Of a stretch of 45,427 nucleotides of DNA, positions 1-8,943 are shown one piece after another (positions within the stretch are counted from its first letter, which is position 1; each line of letters begins with the position of its first letter). Source of the stretch: a virus. The position numbers and the translations under genes were made by a program. The notes under the pieces are model-generated. The model worked only from the letters and a program-made list of their open reading frames with translations, ran no database searches and was not told the origin of the DNA. The DNA lies in IMG/VR virus record IMGVR_UViG_3300045988_086513, positions 1 through 45,427 of that record. One strand, given 5' to 3'.

Positions 1-119
1 ATCTAAAACTCCCAGATTCATTGAATGTTATATGTTGGAGTTTGCAGGATGCACAGAGAAGCGGAGGATATTTTATTTTAGGAAAATATTCCACCAAAGA
101 AAAAGCTATAAAGGTACTG
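1..119. repeat. Terminal overlap, copy 1 (identical to 45309-45427)
   Basis: Read base by base, 1-119 equals 45309-45427. This is consistent with a circular-assembly overlap or terminal redundancy. Confidence 0.9.
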
Positions 120-230
120 GATATGATTCAGGATGCATATTGTAAATTTATGTCGGTAAAAAACGATGATGCTTGGGGCGGAAAAGAATCCGCGTTTTAT
201 ATGCCAGAGGATAGCGAGGTGGAAGTATGA
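1..230 (+). CDS. 3' part of the junction-spanning CDS that starts at 45251 (95-aa small protein, paralogue of 41881..42225)
   Basis: The frame is continuous across the 119-nt overlap. The protein ends ...PEDSEVEV, with a stop at 228-230. Confidence 0.6.
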   Translation, partial: LKLPDSLNVICWSLQDAQRSGGYFILGKYSTKEKAIKVLDMIQDAYCKFMSVKNDDAWGGKESAFYMPEDSEVEV

Positions 231-445
231 GGTATAAATGCGTGAAAGCGCTCACGTTAGATACATGCGATGATGATGGATTTTACGTTGACGGATACAT
301 GGAAATTGAGGTAGGCGAAGTTTACGAAGTTGGAAATGAAAAAATTATTGATGGAGAAATTCATCTTGACGGAGTAAATGTTAACAAATGGATTGAAATA
401 TCGAAAGAAATGTTAGAAAAGCATTTTGTAGAGGTGGAAGGATGA
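227..445 (+). CDS. Hypothetical protein (72 aa)
   Basis: ATGA start/stop overlap with the upstream gene. A GAGGTGGAAG RBS lies just upstream. Confidence 0.55.
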   Translation: MRYKCVKALTLDTCDDDGFYVDGYMEIEVGEVYEVGNEKIIDGEIHLDGVNVNKWIEISKEMLEKHFVEVEG

Positions 446-855
446 GCCATATCAGAGACAGATTAATTCAATTGAAGAATGAGTTGGAAAGCACAGGGAA
501 CGGAGCTTATTTCTCGAAAAATAATATCTCAAAAATTGTAGAATTACTTCTTACTGATCTGAAACAAGATGAGAAAGAAAATGGTTGGATTCCAGTCAGT
601 GAGAGATTGCCGGAAGAATGTATGCCTGTAAATATTGTATGGATAAATCGGAATCCGGAGACTTATTACTCAAAAATAAAAAATGTTCCGTTTTCTGCGA
701 CCGGAATTTACTACAATGGAAATTGGTATTGGTATTCCTCCACTTGTGTTGATTATCTGGCAGAATACGGGAAATGCGAATGGGACTTGGTTGATAAAGC
801 AGTTGATATTACTCATTGGCAACCATTACCAGAGCCATCACATATGAAGGACTAG
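442..855 (+). CDS. DUF551-like phage protein (137 aa)
   Basis: Contains the WIPVSERLPEE motif typical of DUF551. ATGA overlap with the upstream gene. Confidence 0.55.
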   Translation: MSHIRDRLIQLKNELESTGNGAYFSKNNISKIVELLLTDLKQDEKENGWIPVSERLPEECMPVNIVWINRNPETYYSKIKNVPFSATGIYYNGNWYWYSSTCVDYLAEYGKCEWDLVDKAVDITHWQPLPEPSHMKD

Positions 856-858
856 AGC

Positions 859-1026
859 ATGGTAAAAATAACGCAATGCCAAGGCGAGGGACAGGGAAGT
901 TGTAAACGATGCAACGATAAGGGAATCCAGAACATAAATTGGAGGTGTTTCCTGTACAGGATAGAAGGGCTTGAAGGCTGCTACTGTAGAAAATGCGTAA
1001 AAGAAATAATGCGTGAGGAGGACTAA
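859..1026 (+). CDS. Small Cys-rich protein (55 aa, below the ORF-track cutoff)
   Basis: Hand-translated as MVKITQCQGEGQGSCKRCNDKG...CYCRKCVKEIMREED. It fills the gap between neighbouring genes. Confidence 0.4.
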   Translation: MVKITQCQGEGQGSCKRCNDKGIQNINWRCFLYRIEGLEGCYCRKCVKEIMREED

Positions 1027-1194
1027 ATGGGATATTGTAAAATAGAATGTCCAGACGGCGAAACAGAGTGCTGCATCTGCTGCGAGAAGCAGGATTCCTG
1101 TCAGTGCAGATGTGATGATATGGACAGTTATGAATATGCGGAGGAATGCGAAGATTACGTTGTGGAGGAGGAGAAAGATGGGCAGATTAATTGA
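1027..1194 (+). CDS. Small acidic Cys-rich protein (55 aa)
   Basis: Hand-translated as MGYCKIECPDGETECCICCEKQDSCQCRCDD.... The ATG immediately follows the previous stop. Confidence 0.4.
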   Translation: MGYCKIECPDGETECCICCEKQDSCQCRCDDMDSYEYAEECEDYVVEEEKDGQIN

Positions 1195-1459
1195 TGCAGA
1201 TAAATTGAAACATGCGATACATTGTGCATATTCTGATGATTTAGGGATTCTTGAAAAGATTGACGAACAGCCAACAGCTTTTGGTGTGGATGAAGTTGTA
1301 AGACGAATCAAAGATATAAAAGATAAGGAATACACAGCTTGCTTAGGGCCAGAATGCGGATATTGCAGATATCTTAGCACTTGCTCATATGGAGGCAAAG
1401 CAGATAAACTTGCTTTAGAAAAGACAATCGAAATCGTAAAAGGTGGTGGAGTTGAATGA
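1178..1459 (+). CDS. Hypothetical phage protein (93 aa, MGRLIDADKL...)
   Basis: The internal ATG at 1178 is preceded by a GGAGGAGGAGAAAG RBS. The track start at 1112 would overlap the previous gene. Confidence 0.55.
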   Translation: MGRLIDADKLKHAIHCAYSDDLGILEKIDEQPTAFGVDEVVRRIKDIKDKEYTACLGPECGYCRYLSTCSYGGKADKLALEKTIEIVKGGGVE

Positions 1460-1956
1460 GAGAAAATCTTTTCAAGGCAAAGCGGATTGATAATGGAAAA
1501 TGGGTCGAGGGATATCTTTTTGACAATGGATTTGGCGGAGAAGAGAAAAAATATTTCATAGGTGGTTTGATTATTGAGAAATACAATGGAACTGCTTGCG
1601 ATGAGTGGGATATTACAGGAATTGATTTTTGCGAGATTGACCCAGAAACTCTCTGCCGGTTCACAGGATGTTGCGATAAAAGCGGAAATAAAATCTGGAA
1701 GAACGATATTTTGATGTGTCATGGAAATTCAGAAGACCTTGTAAAAGTGGCATTTGGAGAATTTGGTGTAAGAAATATTGAAACCGGGTCCATAGTAGAT
1801 AGAGCTATCGGATGGCATTACGAAGTTATTCCGACAGATGCAATCAGCAAGTGTGAACCATTCTGCTGGTCAATGCCACTGACAGAAGATTATATTGACA
1901 GGTGCGAAATGGAAGTGTTTGACAATCCAGAATTATTACAGGAGGTTCCGGAATGA
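1456..1956 (+). CDS. YopX-family protein
   Basis: N-terminus LFKAKRIDNGKWVEGYL is typical of YopX. ATGA overlap with the upstream gene. Confidence 0.7.
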   Translation: MRENLFKAKRIDNGKWVEGYLFDNGFGGEEKKYFIGGLIIEKYNGTACDEWDITGIDFCEIDPETLCRFTGCCDKSGNKIWKNDILMCHGNSEDLVKVAFGEFGVRNIETGSIVDRAIGWHYEVIPTDAISKCEPFCWSMPLTEDYIDRCEMEVFDNPELLQEVPE

Positions 1957-2252
1957 GTAAATCAGTATTGGTGATTGATACGCCAAAAAACTGCTATGAA
2001 TGCCCATTCGGAACTGAATACTGCGGCAATCTTGAATATGAGGGATGCTGTGAATTAGCTGACTGCTTAGATTATGATGCAATTCTGATGACAGAAGAAC
2101 TTTATGATTATGAATGCGAATCAAGACCAGATTGGTGTCCACTTATGGATTTGCCAGAGAAAGACAATGGAGATTATCCGGCTAATACATTTGATGCCGG
2201 ATTTGCAGAAGGACGGAATGAGTGCATTGATGAGATTGCAGGAGAACCATGA
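1953..2252 (+). CDS. Cys-rich hypothetical protein (99 aa)
   Basis: ATGA overlap, GGAGG RBS and multiple CxxC-type pairs. Confidence 0.5.
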   Translation: MSKSVLVIDTPKNCYECPFGTEYCGNLEYEGCCELADCLDYDAILMTEELYDYECESRPDWCPLMDLPEKDNGDYPANTFDAGFAEGRNECIDEIAGEP

Positions 2253-2854
2253 ACGGTCAAATAACAATCTTTGAATGGATGGAGCATCGGGAACGCCCTA
2301 AAATAGCAATGGGATGTGAAGAATGTTATTGTAAAAACTGCCTGTACTGGTGGTCTTCCAGATGTCCTTATGGCGACTGTTGGGACGATCACCGGGCAAA
2401 GGCGAAACCGTTTTGTAAACTTTTTCCAGATCAGACACCGCGAACATTGTGGAGTGACTGGAAGAATCCCGGAGAGCAGGAACATTGGTGCAGAGGCGGT
2501 ACATTTTATCCTGAGCGAAAATGTGAGTATTATGTAGAATATGAAGGACAGACCGTAGAATGGTGTGTCAGGGCAAATATAAGTATTTTTCAGGACGGAT
2601 ATATAATGTGTACTCTCAAGGAATCTATTGGATGTGATGCTTGTATAGCTGAATCCGAGGGAAGAAAAATCAATGAATATGCCTGTGAGTACATGAGAGA
2701 TACTGGATGTGAGCGGATGTTCACGGCAAAGAGCATGATTCTGGATGCGATTCTGGCGGGTGAAGACATTGAACCTTGCACAGAACAATGTTGCATTGGT
2801 TGTAATAGGACGTGTGGATATAGATGTGGTCAAGGAATAGCAAAGAGAAAATAA
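2249..2854 (+). CDS. Cys-rich hypothetical protein (201 aa, more than 25 Cys)
   Basis: ATGA overlap. Dense Cys clusters such as CEECYCKNC and CCIGCNRTCGYRC. Confidence 0.55.
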   Translation: MNGQITIFEWMEHRERPKIAMGCEECYCKNCLYWWSSRCPYGDCWDDHRAKAKPFCKLFPDQTPRTLWSDWKNPGEQEHWCRGGTFYPERKCEYYVEYEGQTVEWCVRANISIFQDGYIMCTLKESIGCDACIAESEGRKINEYACEYMRDTGCERMFTAKSMILDAILAGEDIEPCTEQCCIGCNRTCGYRCGQGIAKRK

Positions 2855-2875
2855 CGATAAGAAGAGGTGAAGTAG

Positions 2876-3181
2876 ATGGAAAGATTAACAGAAAGATATG
2901 GTATTGCACCAGACGGAGAATCAGATGTCTGGGTTAAACAGCACGATTACATTTCGGTAGCACGAAAACTCTGCGATTACGAAGACTTAGAAGAACAGGG
3001 CCTGCTTGTGAGATTACCGTGTAAGGTTGGAGCAGAAGTTTATTACATTTTAGGTATTCCGAATAAGACACCATGCACAATCGACAAATGCGTGTTTGAG
3101 TTGTCAGACATACATAAAATCGGTAAATCATTATTCCTCACCCGTGAAGAAGCTGAGAGGAAGTTGGAGGAGATGAAATGA
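2876..3181 (+). CDS. Hypothetical phage protein (101 aa, MERLTERYG...)
   Basis: AGAGGTGAAG RBS. The protein looks like a recurrent small protein of Firmicutes phages. Confidence 0.55.
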   Translation: MERLTERYGIAPDGESDVWVKQHDYISVARKLCDYEDLEEQGLLVRLPCKVGAEVYYILGIPNKTPCTIDKCVFELSDIHKIGKSLFLTREEAERKLEEMK

Positions 3182-3378
3182 CAATTGGTAAGAGAATCAG
3201 AGAAGTACGCTTGCAAAATGATATGTCTCTCAGAGATTTCGCAAAACTTATCGGAGTTTCTGACACTACAGTTATGAAGTGGGAGAAAGACGAGCGAAAA
3301 ATGTCATTTGAGAATGCAATTAAGATATGCGATCAGTTCGATGTAAAGCTGAGTTGGTTGGCAGGCTTGGAAGATTAA
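3178..3378 (+). CDS. XRE-family HTH transcriptional regulator (66 aa)
   Basis: Contains MSLRDFAKLIGVSDTTVMKWEKDER, an HTH_3-like motif. ATGA overlap with the upstream gene. Confidence 0.75.
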   Translation: MTIGKRIREVRLQNDMSLRDFAKLIGVSDTTVMKWEKDERKMSFENAIKICDQFDVKLSWLAGLED

Positions 3379-3379
3379 A

Positions 3380-3411
3380 AAGGACGGCATCCAGAAATGG
3401 GTGTCGCCCTT
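3380..3411. terminator. Convergent (bidirectional) hairpin terminator between the HTH gene and hicB
   Basis: AAGGACGGCA (3380-3389) pairs with TGTCGCCCTT (3402-3411) at 9 of 10 positions. A U-run follows on the minus strand. Confidence 0.5.
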
Positions 3412-3425
3412 GTACTTTAATAGAG

Positions 3426-3827
3426 TTATGAACGTGTCTGGATCTTGGCAATCAATGCATCCTGTAAAACTTTTGAATAGTTGATACCATATTTTTCACA
3501 TGCGGTATTAAGCCATGCAGGAATGCTTAAAGTCTTTTTGACGGCTTTGTCGCTGTATGCACGGGCGAATTCATCCAGGTTGACGCAGATCAGGTTGACA
3601 AGTGCAGCGTCTTCATCTTTTTTGACCTTATCAATCGGAGTTGGATCAGGAAGAACATCACCGTCACGCAAGGATGTGAATAAATACAGACCACAAGCTT
3701 CCTGAGCCATTGCGAAAGCATCTGCAAGGTCATCTCCAAAAGTTGCCAGATCGTTGAGGTCTGGGAAGATGACAGAGTAACGTCCGTCCTCTTCTGGATA
3801 AAAAACAGCAGGATAAATATAATTCAT
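3426..3827 (-). CDS. hicB: HicB-family antitoxin (133 aa)
   Basis: MNYIYPAVFYPEEDGRYSVIFPDL... is a HicB N-domain, and the C-terminus is RHH-like. The RBS is AAAGGAG. The track ORF is extended upstream into hicA. Confidence 0.8.
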   Translation of the reverse strand: MNYIYPAVFYPEEDGRYSVIFPDLNDLATFGDDLADAFAMAQEACGLYLFTSLRDGDVLPDPTPIDKVKKDEDAALVNLICVNLDEFARAYSDKAVKKTLSIPAWLNTACEKYGINYSKVLQDALIAKIQTRS

Positions 3828-3859
3828 GGTAACGCTCCTTTCTTTATGGGTAGCAGGTC

Positions 3860-4042
3860 TCATTTGAGACCCGCCTGTTTGAGTATGGAGTTGACAACCC
3901 TTTGAGGTATGTCGCCTCGATGAAACGGGATTGTAACTCTTCCCGGTTTGGTTGGATGCTTGTATTGATGATGTGAACCACTCACATCTACCAACTTCCA
4001 ACCATCATTGAGGACTACTTTTTCAATTTCTCGAAATCTCAT
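3860..4042 (-). CDS. hicA: HicA-family mRNA-interferase toxin (60 aa)
   Basis: MRFREIEKVVLNDGWKLVDVSGSHHQYKHPTKPGRVTIPFH... The RBS is TAAGGAGG. Confidence 0.8.
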   Translation of the reverse strand: MRFREIEKVVLNDGWKLVDVSGSHHQYKHPTKPGRVTIPFHRGDIPQRVVNSILKQAGLK

Positions 4043-4068
4043 TTGTATTGTTTCCTCCTTACAAGTAT

Positions 4069-4119
4069 ATAATAACACGTAAAATACGTAATGTCAATAG
4101 AAAATACGTAAAATACGTA
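4069..4119 (-). promoter_or_regulatory. hicAB promoter with repeated ACGTA operator-like boxes
   Basis: On the minus strand: TTGACA (4097-4092), a 17-nt spacer, then TATTAT (4074-4069). AAAATACGTA is repeated at 4081-4090, 4101-4110 and 4111-4119, with a partial copy in the spacer. Confidence 0.55.
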
Positions 4120-4309
4120 AAAAATAATGAATTTAGAGGACTGGATTGAACCGGTTCTCTTTTTTTAACCTGTTTTTGTCTAGTGTTGTCTGATGTTATG
4201 TAGCTTTATCTATGTTCAACATGTCACCTCGGAAAGCCCACTCTGCATGATATGATATTGTGAGAAGTGATATTATGGCAAAATATTGCCTGAAAGCAGA
4301 GGTGATGAT

Positions 4310-4573
4310 ATGGCGAATTTAAAAGCAATCTTAAGGAAACTTCAAAAAGCTATATTGTCTACTGGGTTAATCATAAAAATTGGAGCATCACAGTTTTACA
4401 GCAGGGAACAGGGACGGCTCATCACAGTCACGATCATATCAACACCAGTGTTCAGACCAACGAAGCGAGGCGAATGGAAAGATTGTGATTATGAAATCTT
4501 ACGAACTGCATCTCAGTATGATGCGGTTATGTGTTTGAAGGAAATATGGGAGGCGTGCAAAGAATGGAAATAG
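4310..4573 (+). CDS. Hypothetical protein (87 aa) upstream of the terminase
   Basis: The ATG at 4310 follows AGAGGTGATGAT. The gene is co-oriented with the packaging genes. Confidence 0.5.
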   Translation: MANLKAILRKLQKAILSTGLIIKIGASQFYSREQGRLITVTIISTPVFRPTKRGEWKDCDYEILRTASQYDAVMCLKEIWEACKEWK

Positions 4574-4587
4574 ACAGGGGTGATTAG

Positions 4588-6225
4588 ATGGGATTAACGC
4601 CGAAGCAGAAAGCGTTTGCGGATGAATATATCAAGAATGGCGGAAATGCATCTGATGCCGCAATGAAAGCCGGATATTCAGCAACAGTTGCCAAGAATGC
4701 AAAGAAAAACATCTTGGAAAAACGTGGAGTTTTTGAATATATAGCGGAAAAGCAAACTCTTCTGGAAAAGCAAAAAGGCACTGACATCATGTCACTGGCA
4801 GAAATCCAGCAACGCCGTTCCATGATCGCAAGAGGTGAGCTGACCGATTCATTCGGATTCGCCCCGGATTTCTCCGATCAGCTGAAATCTATGAATGATC
4901 TGGAGAAAGCACTTGCCATCAAAGAAACAAAAGAAGAACAGCAGAGGATAGCAGAGAGAGCCAGACTGCAAGAAGTCTATCATCTTGATTTGAGTGTTGT
5001 TCCGGATGTATTCCACAGGATGATTCGGGATATCCGGGCAAAGAAGCATTCGGAGTATATTCTTCCGGGCGGACGTGGATCCATGAAGTCCTCAACTATA
5101 TCACTGGTCATCCCGGAGCTGATCAAAAACAATTCGAACATGCACGCACTGATCCTGAGAAAAGTAGGCAATACCATTAAAGATTCCGTTTACGCTCAGA
5201 TGAAATGGGCACTGGACAAGCTGAACCTGTCAGAGGAATTTACCTGTAAAGTATCTCCCATGGAGATTACATACAAGGCAACCGGACAGAAGATATACTT
5301 TCGTGGTGCTGATGATCCATTAAAGATTAAGTCCATCAAGCCGGAGTTTGGTTATATCGGCATTGTCTGGTTTGAGGAGCTTGACCAGTTTGCCGGTCCT
5401 GAGGAAATCCGAAACATTCAGCAGTCCGCTATTCGTGGTGGCAATGAGGCATATAAGTTTAAATCTTTCAACCCACCAAGGAGTAAGAATAACTGGGCAA
5501 ATGAGTACACAACACAGGCAAAAGAAAAAGATGAGAGTGCAATGGTTCAGCACAGCACATATCTTGATCTGGGAATAGAGCAGGAGTGGCTTGGGGACAT
5601 GTTCCTGAAAGATGCGGAACATCTGAAAGAAACGAATCCAGATGCCTATGACAACGAATATCTGGGACATGCTAACGGTAACGGGGGCAATGTTTTTGAG
5701 TACATTGAAGAGAGAACGATCACGGATGAAGAAATCAGCCACTTTGACAGAATCTATCAGGGCGTTGACTGGGGTTGGATGCCTGATAAATATGCTTTTG
5801 TTCGTCTTTACTATGATGCTGCACGGGAAACAATCTATTTCATTGACGAAATGTACGAGAACAAGAAATCAAATGAATGGACAGCAGGGGAAATCAAGCG
5901 GCGTGGATATGATGACTACGAGATCACTTGCGATTCAGCTGAGCCTAAATCCGTGACAGACTATAGAGACTATGGACTGGCTGCCAGATCTGCGATTAAA
6001 GGTCCAGGAAGTATTGAGTATTCAATGAAGTGGTGGCAGAGAAGAAAGCTCGTGTTTGATCCTGTCAGAACACCGAACGCACGGGATGAATTTAAGAAGT
6101 ATGAGTATGAACGAGATAAGGACGGGAATATTATCAGCGGCTATCCGGATAAAGACAATCACCTGATCGACGCAAGCCGATATGCCACAGAGAGATTATG
6201 GACGAGAAGGGGGCATAGTGCATAA
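4588..6225 (+). CDS. Terminase with fused small-subunit (Terminase_2-like) N-domain and PBSX/XtmB-type large subunit
   Basis: The N-terminus LTPKQKAFADEYIKNGGNASDAAMKAGYS is a TerS HTH. From about residue 150, ILPGGRGSMKSS (Walker A) and a PBSX-type TerL body follow. It is a single 545-aa ORF. Confidence 0.8.
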   Translation: MGLTPKQKAFADEYIKNGGNASDAAMKAGYSATVAKNAKKNILEKRGVFEYIAEKQTLLEKQKGTDIMSLAEIQQRRSMIARGELTDSFGFAPDFSDQLKSMNDLEKALAIKETKEEQQRIAERARLQEVYHLDLSVVPDVFHRMIRDIRAKKHSEYILPGGRGSMKSSTISLVIPELIKNNSNMHALILRKVGNTIKDSVYAQMKWALDKLNLSEEFTCKVSPMEITYKATGQKIYFRGADDPLKIKSIKPEFGYIGIVWFEELDQFAGPEEIRNIQQSAIRGGNEAYKFKSFNPPRSKNNWANEYTTQAKEKDESAMVQHSTYLDLGIEQEWLGDMFLKDAEHLKETNPDAYDNEYLGHANGNGGNVFEYIEERTITDEEISHFDRIYQGVDWGWMPDKYAFVRLYYDAARETIYFIDEMYENKKSNEWTAGEIKRRGYDDYEITCDSAEPKSVTDYRDYGLAARSAIKGPGSIEYSMKWWQRRKLVFDPVRTPNARDEFKKYEYERDKDGNIISGYPDKDNHLIDASRYATERLWTRRGHSA

Positions 6226-6416
6226 TGCAGGAATGTGAATTTTGTAAAAACTTAGACGCATGGAAAAGGAACCTTGCAGCAAGGAAAATAATAAAGTATG
6301 AATACGGCTGCATGTTATATGTGTGTCGGCGACACATGAAAGGGAGTATTACCTCTCAGCCGTTTGATCTTAACTATTGTCCGGTATGCGGAAAGAAGAT
6401 AGCAGCAGGTGAATAA
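6225..6416 (+). CDS. Small zinc-ribbon protein (63 aa)
   Basis: CEFC ... CPVC pairs. Its start overlaps the terminase stop. Confidence 0.5.
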   Translation: MQECEFCKNLDAWKRNLAARKIIKYEYGCMLYVCRRHMKGSITSQPFDLNYCPVCGKKIAAGE

Positions 6417-7868
6417 ATGGGAATCATATCAACAATTAAAAGGTGGATAGGAATGTTTTTCAAAAATCAAGCAGAACAGGACTTCCGGACAGAGGTGATT
6501 GAGTCTCCTGTGATGGAAGCATTGGTGCAGAAATGTGCGAATATTTACAGAGGTACACCGTACTGGGTAGATGAGGATAACAGGATCAAGACGATCAACT
6601 TTGCAAAGTCTGTTTGTTCTGAGACTGCCCGGCTCACAACGCTTGCGATCGGTATCCAGATTGACGGATCCGCAAGAGCGACATGGCTTCAGGAACAGAT
6701 GGATAAGATCTATTTCCAAATCCGGCACTGGGTGGAATATGGTTGTGCTTATGGAACGGTGTTTATCAAGCCAAATGGAGAAGGCTTCGATATGTTCACT
6801 CCACTCGATGTTCTTTTGACAGATTGTGATAATCAGGAAGTTCGTGGAATCATCTTCAAAGACCAGTACATGGAAGGTGATAAATACTATACGAGATTGG
6901 AATATCACAGGTTTGTAGACAGTGTGGTTGATGGAGTAAAAGTATCACCTTATTACATCAGCAACAGAGCTTATGTGTCAACCAGTGCGGATAATATCGG
7001 CAATCCTATCGAGATGAGCAAAACAAAATGGGCTGCCTTACTGCCGGACACTCCACCAATCATGAAGTCTAATAACGAGAGCCTTGACGGTCCAATGTTC
7101 GGAGTATTCCGCACTCCCCAGGCGAACAATGTAGATCTCAATACCGTTCTTGGGCTTCCAATCTATGCAGAAGCTATTGAGGAACTGAAAGATCTTGATA
7201 TTGCATACAGCCGTAATGCCGGAGAGATTTTTGACTCTGAGAAGATTATCCTTGCGGATGACAGACTGCTGATGCCCGATGGAGTTCCGATCAAGAATAG
7301 AGGCGGCAGCTACAGTGAGAGACACAAAAAGGAAATGAAGTTGCCTCACTACGTTAAGAATGTGTTTAGTGCGGGACCGAATGAGTTTTATCAGGAAATC
7401 AATCCACAGCTCAATACAGACACCCGTATAGGCGGCGTAAATGCCCTTTTAAGCCAGTTGGGCTACAAGATTGGATTCTCTAACGGATATTTTGTATTCA
7501 ATGAATCCAGCGGCATCCAGACGGCTACAGGAGTGGAAGCGGAACAGCAGAGGACAGTCCAGTTCATCAAAGACGTTCGAGATAAATTGGAATCCTGCCT
7601 TGACGGTGCCATCTATGCAATGAATGTGTATGCAGATCTGTATGGCCTTGCCCCGGTAGGAACTTATGAAGTGACTTATGATTTTGGGGACATCCTGTAT
7701 TCCTACCAGGAAGACAAGGCAAGATGGTGGCAGTATGTATCTACTGGGAAAGTGCCTTTCTGGTACTACCTCATGAAGTTTGAGGGAATGAGCGAGGAAG
7801 AGGCTCGCGCTCTTGCGGATGAGGCACAGCAGCAGAATATGAATAGTGGACTGTTTGGAGAGGAGTAA
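6417..7868 (+). CDS. Portal protein (SPP1 Gp6-like)
   Basis: 483 aa, positioned after the terminase. The N-terminus is typical of SPP1-type portals. Confidence 0.8.
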   Translation: MGIISTIKRWIGMFFKNQAEQDFRTEVIESPVMEALVQKCANIYRGTPYWVDEDNRIKTINFAKSVCSETARLTTLAIGIQIDGSARATWLQEQMDKIYFQIRHWVEYGCAYGTVFIKPNGEGFDMFTPLDVLLTDCDNQEVRGIIFKDQYMEGDKYYTRLEYHRFVDSVVDGVKVSPYYISNRAYVSTSADNIGNPIEMSKTKWAALLPDTPPIMKSNNESLDGPMFGVFRTPQANNVDLNTVLGLPIYAEAIEELKDLDIAYSRNAGEIFDSEKIILADDRLLMPDGVPIKNRGGSYSERHKKEMKLPHYVKNVFSAGPNEFYQEINPQLNTDTRIGGVNALLSQLGYKIGFSNGYFVFNESSGIQTATGVEAEQQRTVQFIKDVRDKLESCLDGAIYAMNVYADLYGLAPVGTYEVTYDFGDILYSYQEDKARWWQYVSTGKVPFWYYLMKFEGMSEEEARALADEAQQQNMNSGLFGEE

Positions 7869-7870
7869 AA

Positions 7871-8929
7871 ATGGCTACATTTAAAGGAATTATCACGGCA
7901 GATGGTCAAAAAAGGCTACTATCTTATTTGGACTTAGCTGATAAACCGGAAGCAGATTCTGCTCTGACCACTGAGGGCGGGTTTGCGGATGCAAAGGCAG
8001 TCGGACGCAAGTTTACAGAAACGACAGCAAATATGGGAAAACTTGAACAGCAGATTGGCGAACTGTCAAAAGGTGGCGCCGGAGGAACTGCAAGTCCGTC
8101 CGAAGTCAAAAAGATAGTGGACGAGTATCTGAAAGAAAACCCGAAGAATTTTCTGCCAGACAACATTGTACTGGTTGAAGAATCTGATGATGAGATTATG
8201 ACCGCGGATGCGATCATGGGAGAAATTCTGGATAAATTGGAATTAAAGACTGTGAACGATCAGACACTGGGCCTGTATATCGGCACAAAACTGATTAGCA
8301 GTGTAAAACTGGAAGAATTCAAGACATCTGAGATTATCTGCACAGGCATTACGCTGGATCCATCCAATACCACAGCTTACGGAAAGGCTACGATTGAAGT
8401 GATCGCAACCGCGACCCCACAGGATTGTACTCAGAAAATAAGATGGTTTACCACGGACGCAGATCTTGCGACGGTGAGTGATGGAACCGTAAAAACAACA
8501 GGTAAAAAGGGTGAGGTCACTATTTATGCGATTTGTGGAAATTACAGGGCAGAGTGCAAGGTCGTAATCACCGCATATGTATATCCTGAGTTCAATTTCC
8601 AGATAAGTCAGGTATTGGAAACTGTTGGAGCGGCATATTCCAGAACAGAAGATAGTGCAGAGATGAGAATATCATCTGACTATATGCAGACACCAGTAGA
8701 CACTGTAATTACGCTGACGGCTGGTGGAAGTTATCTGTATCAGTTATACAAGTACAAAGATGATAAATTGGATTCGTTTACCTCATGGATTAGTTGTGCA
8801 GGAACAATTAAGATTGCGTCAGAAGAATTTTCAGGCTTTGCGATTAAAATCCGTAAAAGCAACTATGGCAAATGGACAAGCGACGATATTGCAGCATTTA
8901 CCAAGACGGTAACGATTGAAAGTGCGTGA
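7871..8929 (+). CDS. Ig-like (Big_2) domain structural or decoration protein
   Basis: ITLDPSNTTAYGKATIEVIATATPQDCTQKIRWFTTDADLATVSDGTVKTTGKKGEVTIYA is Big_2-like. The N-terminus has a fibre-type motif, ALTTEGGFADAKAVG. Confidence 0.6.
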   Translation: MATFKGIITADGQKRLLSYLDLADKPEADSALTTEGGFADAKAVGRKFTETTANMGKLEQQIGELSKGGAGGTASPSEVKKIVDEYLKENPKNFLPDNIVLVEESDDEIMTADAIMGEILDKLELKTVNDQTLGLYIGTKLISSVKLEEFKTSEIICTGITLDPSNTTAYGKATIEVIATATPQDCTQKIRWFTTDADLATVSDGTVKTTGKKGEVTIYAICGNYRAECKVVITAYVYPEFNFQISQVLETVGAAYSRTEDSAEMRISSDYMQTPVDTVITLTAGGSYLYQLYKYKDDKLDSFTSWISCAGTIKIASEEFSGFAIKIRKSNYGKWTSDDIAAFTKTVTIESA

Positions 8930-8943
8930 GGAGAGAAGCAGTT

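Noticed and set aside
838-1722. 294-aa minus-strand ORF
   Set aside because: It runs antisense across five tightly coupled plus-strand genes. Its composition is low-complexity and Ser/Leu/Phe-rich, and it has no RBS. It is a typical shadow ORF.
2174-2833. 219-aa minus-strand ORF and several 60-75-aa overlapping ORFs
   Set aside because: They are antisense or out of frame relative to the 201-aa Cys-rich gene, which is translationally coupled to its neighbours.
4148-4166. GAACCGGTTC palindrome followed by T7, considered as a terminator or pac element
   Set aside because: As RNA it can form only about 3 bp with a 4-nt loop, and no plus-strand gene ends upstream of it. A function cannot be supported from sequence alone.
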